A stretch of DNA of 63,263 nucleotides, counting the filler, from Stramenopiles sp. TOSAG23-6 (lineage: Eukaryota): the NCBI GenBank assembly GCA_900128565.1. It is 5 parts of 5 records of this genome, joined end to end, with 100 filler letters (N's around TTAATTAATTAA, not from the genome) between each part and the next. Parts side by side here need not be neighbours in the genome. Positions count along the whole stretch, not along the records: positions 50,763 to 63,263 come from LT636202.1; 4 more parts are not named here. One strand, written 5' to 3'. Below, piece after piece: positions 55,712 to 63,263 of this stretch. Every line of letters begins with the position of its first letter. The first letter of the stretch is position 1. The notes below the pieces were generated by a model. The model made no database searches. It was not told the DNA's origin and worked only from the letters and a program-made list of their open reading frames with translations. The position numbers were made by a program, and so were the translations under genes.

Positions 55712-57811
55712 TTAATTTCCATTGGATTTTGGAAATTCGGGTGTAGAAGAGTTTTCAAGACGGATCATTTGTGTCGGTGGAATTTGTAGCTGTGCGTTCA
55801 CCTCAGCTCCCAAATATTGATTAAGTAAACTTTTCAACTCAGCATTTTGAGAACGGAGTGAATTGATTTCATTACTTAATTGAGATCTTTCTTCGATATT
55901 TTTTACATAATCTTTAATTGAATGCTCTAATGCTTCCCAAACTCGATATGATTTTGGAGGAATAATATTTGCCATTTCTTCCCAAAATTGATTTTCTCTA
56001 GATCTAGCAAGTTGCTTTGCCGCAGCCGCGGCAGCTGATTCGTCACTAGCTTTTGCCTCTGCCATTGCAGCAGCCAGAGCACCATCTTCGGTAGCTTTAT
56101 TTTCCATAAATAATCGGCATACTTCAACAACTTTATCCTCATCAATTTTGAGACCCATGTCTCCTATTTGTGTGAGTTCATCATCGAAATCATCTTCATC
56201 CACACTGTTGTCAAAAAAATATCCCAACAAAGTTTCTGTTTCTGATGCGGAAGTAACTCCAAGAGCTTCAAGAATTGCATCTGATTTAAGTGTTTCTAAT
56301 TCATGAGACGGTGTAGTTTTTTTCAGTACTTCAATTTTTTCCATTAACTTTGGTGGTACTAAAAAACTAGCACTATTACGAAGCATCTGTAACATTACCC
56401 GAATCTTCTCTGCCTTTACACGACCTATCACCATACCAGCAAATGGACCAACTTCACCATCCTTGGTAGCATTGCCCAAACCATTGTCCAAACTAGTAGC
56501 AGCTGCAGCTTTTGTTTTTTTGGAATTGTGTGAGTCTATTGCAAGTTCTTGAACTGTTAATTCTTTACGAGGAGGAACAAAGTGAAGACCGAGCTGTTGT
56601 TCAGTAATAATTTTCCCACCTGTCAAAACTTTGTTTGCATATTCACGAACTTCTTCTTCGTGCATGATCCACAACTGATTAAATTTTCCATTATCTGATA
56701 TTTGAAAATGTCTGAATTTCTTTTGTAAATCTTTGTACTGTTTTGTCGCACGTGTATATTCATCTGTTAACTCAGCATTCCTCTGTTTATAAGCTTCGTC
56801 ATTGTTTTTATACTTTAGCATTAATGTTGAAAGTTGTTCCTTCAAGCGACCAAGCCGGCGCTTTTGTACTGCAAGAGTTGCAGTATTTTCCATGTCTCTT
56901 TCGGTTAACACTCGATAATTGTACTCAAGTTTCTCAGTATTTAATTGATAAGTAGCGCGCATTTCTTGAAGTTGCTGCTCCAAGACCTGAATATCCGTTT
57001 CCAATTTAATCTTTAATCTTTGGTAAGATTCGCTATCTTTGACTCTCATACTTTCTACTTCTTTCATATAGCGTTCCTCACGCTCCAGCTTTGCTGCCAT
57101 AAACTCGAGGTCCATCTGACGGCGACGTTTAAATAAGTTGTTAGTTTTTTCATGATTATCTTCTAGTGCCTCATTCCTCTCTTCCTCATACGCGGTTGTG
57201 ATAGATGTCAACTCTTTCTCATATGTGTCATTCATCTTGTGGTACTGTCTAGACATGTTTTGAAGGAGTAGTGTGACATCATCAGCTTGTCGTTTGAGCA
57301 TCTTGACATATTCTTCATCTTTCGCCTTTAACTCAAGTTGAAATTGTTTTATGAGAGAATCTTTAGATTGAAGAATTTGCGCACAAGCATCTTTTTGTGA
57401 GTCAATTGCATTTTGTAGATCTTGTGGCATGTGAAGATCACTAAGATCATCCCATCGCTTTTCAATATATTCATTTTGTTCAGTTGAACGAATCGCTTCT
57501 TCTCGTAGTGCTTGTAGACGTTCTTCTCTCTTCATTTCCACAGCAATTCGTCTTCGATTTTCTCTGTCATCTGTATCAGTTCTAACTGATGTGACGTCTT
57601 TTAGTGTTGCAACTTTCAAGGAATCAATAGTGACCATACTATCTGCCGTTTGCTGCTTACCACGTGATAGACTTGTTTTTGTATCTGTATAGTCATCAAG
57701 TTGGTTATTCCTGGATGAATCTTTATTGGCACGCTGCTGGCGAAGTGCAACTCGTTTTTGCCTTGCAGCAATGCGCTCCGACTGGATTGCTGAATTTGTA
57801 CTAGTCGACAT
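55712..57811 (-). CDS. DRC1: Dynein regulatory complex subunit 1
   Basis: ELKAKDEEYVK.L..Q, LEQQLQEMRATYQLNTEKLEYNYRVL, LLNQYL..EVN..LQIPPT. Confidence 0.92.
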   Translation of the reverse strand: MSTSTNSAIQSERIAARQKRVALRQQRANKDSSRNNQLDDYTDTKTSLSRGKQQTADSMVTIDSLKVATLKDVTSVRTDTDDRENRRRIAVEMKREERLQALREEAIRSTEQNEYIEKRWDDLSDLHMPQDLQNAIDSQKDACAQILQSKDSLIKQFQLELKAKDEEYVKMLKRQADDVTLLLQNMSRQYHKMNDTYEKELTSITTAYEEERNEALEDNHEKTNNLFKRRRQMDLEFMAAKLEREERYMKEVESMRVKDSESYQRLKIKLETDIQVLEQQLQEMRATYQLNTEKLEYNYRVLTERDMENTATLAVQKRRLGRLKEQLSTLMLKYKNNDEAYKQRNAELTDEYTRATKQYKDLQKKFRHFQISDNGKFNQLWIMHEEEVREYANKVLTGGKIITEQQLGLHFVPPRKELTVQELAIDSHNSKKTKAAAATSLDNGLGNATKDGEVGPFAGMVIGRVKAEKIRVMLQMLRNSASFLVPPKLMEKIEVLKKTTPSHELETLKSDAILEALGVTSASETETLLGYFFDNSVDEDDFDDELTQIGDMGLKIDEDKVVEVCRLFMENKATEDGALAAAMAEAKASDESAAAAAAKQLARSRENQFWEEMANIIPPKSYRVWEALEHSIKDYVKNIEERSQLSNEINSLRSQNAELKSLLNQYLGAEVNAQLQIPPTQMIRLENSSTPEFPKSNGN

Positions 57812-58149
57812 GTTGGATCTATCAATATCAAGAATGTATTTTTACAACAGCTTTTGTTGGCCCAATGGGCAAAATAATATGATTTGATTTAGTATGTTTT
57901 TGATTAGTATAAAGTGTAACGTTTGTAACGCTTTTCAAAAAAATGGCGATGGAACAAACCTGTAGAAAAGGGGGAATCGAAAGAAAAAAATGGACAATCA
58001 TCAGACATTTGACTATTTACGATCGATCACACAAACACACACACCACTACCAAGGTTTCTTTTCGCTAACAAGGTTTCTTTACATATAATTAGCCTACAT
58101 GCAACAGAATTGCCTACAATAATTTTGTTGTCAAGACTATCTTCCAAAG

Positions 58150-59869
58150 ATGAGTTCAAGCAGTAATATTCATCGAAGCGCTTCTAATAGTAAACCTGAG
58201 ACTCTTGAGTTATCAAACCGTGCACTTCTTGCGCAGGAACGTCATTCACAAGTTCTCCTTGACTTGGAAACCCAGCGCCGTGCACGTACTATCGCTGTTC
58301 CTACTCTTGATTCCGATGTAAGGACTTCACTTCGTGAACTAGGTTATCCTGTCACTTTATTTGGTGAGCGTAAGGAAGATCGTCGTGTTCGTCTGCGAGA
58401 AATTACAGCTCGTATTGAAATATTGGGAGAAGAGGCTGCGTCTATTTCGAAGTTAGCTTCTATTAAGTCTGGCTGGAGTAGACCTGGAAATGAAAAATCT
58501 ACCACAGGTGAACAAGAAAATGTTCAAAAGGAAATAGTGTATACTCCAGCTTCCGAACCATTGTTAAAAGCACGTCAAAGTATTGCCACGTTTTCTTGGT
58601 CACGTGCAAAAGATCGGATAGCTTTTCGCAAGAAGAAAAAAAAAAGTGTAGAGTTGGTTGAAAAAGACGCTGTAATGATTAAAGATAAATACAAAGAGTT
58701 AAGTAACGTTCGTATGAGAGATTCACAGATTGGGAGTACGCGTCCAGTTGCTGCATGCACATTTTCTTCTGACTTTAAAAGTAAATACGTTGCGACAGCT
58801 TCGTGGAGCGGTACTTGTATGTTTTATTTTTTTTCAATTTCGACTTTTTTTTTCGTACGAAATTTTGTACCTAATGATTTTTTTTTTGAAATATTTTTCC
58901 AAAATACTGCTCAATTATGGGATCGGCAATCTTGTGAGAGTCTTCTTGTGTATCGTGGACACGAAACCCGTGTCGTTGATATCCAGTTCCACCCATCTGC
59001 ATGTCATGGAACTTTAGAAACAAACGCTTCAACTTATTCTATGACGGCTGCTACACCAACAGCTTCTTGTGCGTGTGTTGCTACTGCTTCTGCTGATAGC
59101 ACTGTCAAATTATGGTCATTAGAAGCTGACGAATGCCTTCGAACATTACGTGGCCATCAAAATAGATTAGCATGTGTTCGATGGCATCCTAATGGTTCAT
59201 TTATAGGAACTACATCATATGATCATACGTGGCGTTTATGGGATGTGGAATATGGACATGAGATTCTATTACAAGATGGAATAGGCGTTGCTGCTTATGC
59301 ACTTGCATTTCACCCTGATGGTAGTCTTGCTTGTACTGGTGATATGAATGGCGATGCAAGATTATGGGATATGCGTTCGGGACATAGTCCATTCTCTATG
59401 CAAGAACACGCTAGTGGCGTAATCTCTGCTGATTTTTCACCGTCCGGGACATTATTAGCGACAACTGGACTTGATCATATGTACGTTTTCACCATGAAAT
59501 CCAAATTTTTTTTACTATTAAAATTTCGTAAGTACCTAACATTTTTTTTTTCTGATGCTTTTTTCACAATACATGGTACGTTTGTGGGACTTGCGGATGC
59601 GGAAATGTTATCATGCTCTTCTAGCACACTCCAAATTAATATCCACTGTAAAGTTTGCACCTGTAAGTGGTGAAGTTCTATTGACGGCTTCCTACGATGG
59701 AACAGTGAAACTTTGGGGGACTCGAGATTGGAGACTATTAAGTACTTTAGACGGACATGAAAATTTTGTAATGTGTGCAGATATATCACGAAGTGAAACT
59801 CTATTTTTATCATCTTCTTTTGATAGAACTTGGAAATTATGGGCACCGGAGAACGATGATGAGTGGTAA
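58150..59869 (+). CDS. PRPF4: U4/U6 snRNP protein PRP4; exons 58150-58816, 58910-59480, 59575-59869
   Basis: SFM motif VPTLD..VR..LRELGYPVTLFGE...RR.RLR, SQIG..RP, and WD40 repeats. Confidence 0.94.
58817..58909 (+). mobile_element. Introner-family intron, GT-TG, 93 nt (3n)
   Basis: ACTT|GTATGT...CAAAATACTG|CT. Restores SWSGTxQLW spacing. Confidence 0.85.
59481..59574 (+). mobile_element. Introner-family intron, GT-AT, 94 nt
   Basis: CATAT|GTACGT...CACAATACAT|GGTA. Restores DHMVRLWDLR. Confidence 0.9.
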
Positions 59870-59955
59870 AATAGTATAAGGAGTAATTCGTAAATAAAGT
59901 TTATATTTCTAAAGGTACAAATTGTTCAATATTTTTTTGATACGCAGTTGGTATT

Positions 59956-61002
59956 CTATAGTATATTTATATTTCTACGTGTAGTTCTAGGGTTTGATAA
60001 AACAGGAAGCGGTGAACTTTCAGTTTGATCCACTATCAAATTATTGTTTGGATGTTCTCTCAAACCTAAACCAAAACCAAAAGTATTAGACAGGCCTTGT
60101 TTCAAACAATTATTATCCTCTTTAGATAGTCTAGATAAATTTGAGGCGACGTCTTGTAAGATATCAACAATTTGACAAAATATATCAAGAAATCCTGTGT
60201 ACATTGCTGCTGTAAATGTTCTACTCGCTGGTGAAAATCTTGCATCCTGATAAATACGAATATAACTGGCACATAGTTCAGGTTCTGCTCCTAAGGAAGG
60301 AACCCTTGATTGAAGTATTTGAAACAGATGTCTTACTGTGTGAACTTTTACTTTGTATATTTTTCTATTATATTTTATTATTCCACCGTCATCACCTTTG
60401 TAGTTTTGTACACTTTGAACTCTAGAACTGTTTTTACCAGACAAGTGATAGTCTACCCCTAATCCATCATCATTGTTCTGGATTTCTGTGTCCATCACAA
60501 GTGTCCCATTTTCGAGAGAAATACCTAAATTTGATGATAGAAGCCGATTATCCAATATTTCTTGTTGTAAAATTAGATATGACTGTCTTACAGAGGTCTT
60601 GAAGTGTGTATTACCTAGACGAGAACCGGGAACTCCCCAACCCAGATCACCAAGTCCCCCATCAGGAATAGCAACTAACCACGCACTTTCTGGAATAAGT
60701 GCACGAGCAGACTGTTCTAAAATCATTGTATACATTTTTGTAGCCATCCTTTGCCTAGATATACACACCGTCCGAGGAAGTGAGCGAACGAAAGCATTCT
60801 CCCTATAGGTCCTAAACCATTTGATAAACATATACACAATAATAGTACCACAGATTGTTGCAGAAGCAACGACTAGGTGATGAAATCTAACATGATCATA
60901 ATCAAGATAGAAATAACAAGAAATATCATCACCACCCCAATCAGTACAACTCTTCGTGCTTATCTTCTTGGTGACACCAGGATTTGGAACATTGTCAACC
61001 AT
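59956..61002 (-). CDS. Hypothetical single-TM protein
   Basis: 348-aa ORF with an N-proximal hydrophobic helix. Confidence 0.7.
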   Translation of the reverse strand: MVDNVPNPGVTKKISTKSCTDWGGDDISCYFYLDYDHVRFHHLVVASATICGTIIVYMFIKWFRTYRENAFVRSLPRTVCISRQRMATKMYTMILEQSARALIPESAWLVAIPDGGLGDLGWGVPGSRLGNTHFKTSVRQSYLILQQEILDNRLLSSNLGISLENGTLVMDTEIQNNDDGLGVDYHLSGKNSSRVQSVQNYKGDDGGIIKYNRKIYKVKVHTVRHLFQILQSRVPSLGAEPELCASYIRIYQDARFSPASRTFTAAMYTGFLDIFCQIVDILQDVASNLSRLSKEDNNCLKQGLSNTFGFGLGLREHPNNNLIVDQTESSPLPVLSNPRTTRRNINIL

Positions 61003-61398
61003 ATTTATTTATCACAGAATCTTTTGCTTAAAAGTACTATCTCGAAATCGATGAAAACATCGTGCGTTTGATTTTGAATGGTTACCCGGGTCCTGTCATT
61101 TTCTGAAAATTTTAATTTTTCAAAATTTAAATTCAAACAAAATACACACAAAAACGCAAAAGAATCTAAATCAAGTTTAATCAACTCTTATAATATGCAT
61201 TTCTACCCTTGAATGTCAGAGGTATACTATTAAGCACTGTGAGCTAATGCACACTCTTGCCGGAAAAACTGTGGCAATTTATTCGACATATATAGCTATA
61301 ATTCCTTTTTGTCCACACAATAAATAGTGAACTCCGGTACTCCCAGAAACAAAACTATTGAACTATTTGACTAGAATTAGCTTTTCTTACTACATTTG

Positions 61399-62592
61399 AT
61401 GGTGCCTTCGTCAACTTCATTGCGTGCTGCGGTAGGTCCAAAGCCAAGATCACAGATAATGAAGCGCGCCGTGAGTTTTGATCCTTCTCATGATTTATTT
61501 TTCCCCCAACCCAGCGAACGAGATCGTCAGGCAAACCTTGATGGCGCAGAAAGTTATCAGGAGTTTCTTGCAAAAACCTCAGAACGTAATTTTGGTCCTT
61601 TGGCCAATGCAAAACTGTTATTAGTCCCAATAGGAATTGATGTGACCAATAGTGATCCTTTTGATAATGTGAAACAAGTACTTAAAAGAGATCATGCCGA
61701 TTTTGGTCTTTTAGTCGCGTATTTACGTGCATTTTTCAAGCCTACAAAGTGTGATATTTTATATATCAAGTCACTTTCAAAATCCAACATGAAATTTTTG
61801 CCTATGGTTAATGGAAGGTTACAAATAAGTAGCATTGTAGATATTATTAAACGTAAAACAATTTTATCAGATTCAAACAGAAAATCTATTGTGATAGGAG
61901 TAACAACTCACAATTTGTCTCCACAATTTTTTTCGTTTGAAAGTAAAATTCTTTTGGTGTCAGTACCTCAACTGCAGAGAGTAAATGATTACATAGATTC
62001 GGCTAACGTCGTTGTTTGTCTGATTTTAAAATATTTCGGAATGCATTCATGTCCCTTCTTTAGTTGCCTTATTGCAAAAAATCATCCACGACATCGGTTG
62101 TGTCCAGTTTGTCTAAGGAAGTTGTCATCCATCATTGGACCGACTTTTGACGTATTGTTGAGATACCGCCATTTATTAGATCTATCTAGCGAAAAAAGTG
62201 TTTTGTCTAACCCTGGAACTGCACAGTGGTTATATGAAAGAATTCGACTCATAGAAGGTCCAATGAACATAAATATAAAAGAAACAAAAGAAATACGTGA
62301 TGACGTCTCTCTGACAAAGAGTTTACACGTGAAAGAAAAGGTCATAAATAGAAGAGAATATGCAGCAAATGATATCGATAGAACCAATAAAGAACGTAAT
62401 ATCAATTCTATCGGTATAGATTATGGGAAACTGACATTGTTAAAGCAAAAACTTTTCCAGAAAAGAAAATATATAACAAGTATTCTACAACAAAATTCAC
62501 AAGATAAACCGGATAAACCTTCGTATGATCGTTTCTGTCATTTACGCCCACCTTTAATACCACCCAGACAAAATGATAAAGAAAAAAAATAA
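61399..62592 (+). CDS. Archaemetzincin (M54)-like protein lacking HEXXH
   Basis: FGMHSC....CLI, LCPVCLRKL....FDVLLRY, and a ESYQEFL N-terminal block. Confidence 0.65.
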   Translation: MVPSSTSLRAAVGPKPRSQIMKRAVSFDPSHDLFFPQPSERDRQANLDGAESYQEFLAKTSERNFGPLANAKLLLVPIGIDVTNSDPFDNVKQVLKRDHADFGLLVAYLRAFFKPTKCDILYIKSLSKSNMKFLPMVNGRLQISSIVDIIKRKTILSDSNRKSIVIGVTTHNLSPQFFSFESKILLVSVPQLQRVNDYIDSANVVVCLILKYFGMHSCPFFSCLIAKNHPRHRLCPVCLRKLSSIIGPTFDVLLRYRHLLDLSSEKSVLSNPGTAQWLYERIRLIEGPMNINIKETKEIRDDVSLTKSLHVKEKVINRREYAANDIDRTNKERNINSIGIDYGKLTLLKQKLFQKRKYITSILQQNSQDKPDKPSYDRFCHLRPPLIPPRQNDKEKK

Positions 62593-62683
62593 AATATTGT
62601 AACGAGTCAGATTTTTATGTATATATATGTAACAAAACCCATTAAAATTATTTTTCCCAATTCAACCCAGGTTGTTTTACATT

Positions 62684-63262
62684 TTATGCAGGCTTTGCAG
62701 GCTCAACGTTGTTTCCGTCAGCATCTTCACCAGTGCTAAGTGCCTCACCCCAAGGAGTTTTTGCATCAACTTCTTTCTTTTCAATCCAGCGACACCATTC
62801 ACTAAGCATGACTGCTCCTTTTCCGTCAGCGTCCATTTCACTGAATGCCAGGGACAACGTTTCTTCGGTAAGATTCGCAAGACCAACAAACCCATAATTC
62901 TGAGCCTTGTAACCTGCTACTAGTTCCTCCATTGAAATCTTGCGATCATCATCCGCGGAAACACCAGCACCACCACCATCACACAAAGCAAAAGCGTCAT
63001 ACATCATAGCATACAAGCATAAGTAAGCACAGCATAAGCGGAATTCACCTTTTTGTAAATATTCATCAGCATCAACCTTGCCTTGATCTTTGATTCCAAT
63101 ATCCTTAGCATCATTAAATGCACGAATATACGAAGGTCTGAAGGCCTTCCAGATGCGATCACCGTCCTCTGAACCATCCTTATCAAGGTAGCTGCGCAGG
63201 GAACTCTGTATCCAGCCATCGAGTTCAGCGAGGGATACGTATCGATTTTTGTTTTTGTCAAG
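62684..63262 (-). CDS. Flagellar calcium-binding protein (calflagin-like EF-hand), 5' partial
   Basis: Frame open to the window end: LDKNKNRYVSLAELD...RPSYIRAFNDAKD...EFRL...FSEMDADGKGAVMLSEWC.W. Confidence 0.85.
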   Translation of the reverse strand, partial: LDKNKNRYVSLAELDGWIQSSLRSYLDKDGSEDGDRIWKAFRPSYIRAFNDAKDIGIKDQGKVDADEYLQKGEFRLCCAYLCLYAMMYDAFALCDGGGAGVSADDDRKISMEELVAGYKAQNYGFVGLANLTEETLSLAFSEMDADGKGAVMLSEWCRWIEKKEVDAKTPWGEALSTGEDADGNNVEPAKPA

Positions 63263-63263
63263 A

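Noticed and set aside
1-63263. Autonomous transposase or reverse transcriptase for the introners; tRNA, rRNA or snRNA genes
   Set aside because: None recognisable by eye in this window. Covariance-model and profile searches would be needed to exclude them.

Overview
AT-rich, gene-dense eukaryotic DNA. Five contigs are joined by artificial N44-TTAATTAATTAA-N44 linkers. Flagellar genes (DRC1, IQCH, calflagin-like, p25alpha) suggest a flagellated protist, perhaps a stramenopile MAG, but the taxon is an inference. About 32 protein genes are recognisable. The main signal is a family of ~35 related ~90-110 nt introns, all inside coding sequence and all in the host gene's sense orientation. Consensus: exon-(A/G/T)T | GTAYGT-T-rich...TTCGTACGAAATTTTGTACCTAAC...GAAATATTTTTYCAMAATACAT | exon. 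Removing them restores reading frames and conserved motifs in unrelated proteins (SDR YxxSK, Strawberry notch RRRV, PRP4 WD40 repeats, L/F-transferase, alpha-SNAP-like, kinesin, MFS), yet they almost never end in AG. Of 33 intact 3' ends, 26 are AT, 3 TT, 2 TG, 1 GT and 1 AG. The terminal dinucleotide often repeats the last two exon bases, like a 2-bp target-site duplication. Best reading: a transposon-derived introner family producing GT-AT non-canonical introns, implying a spliceosome with relaxed 3' splice-site recognition. Boundaries were inferred by hand from frame and motif restoration. No transcript data or database searches were available, so novelty is not verified.
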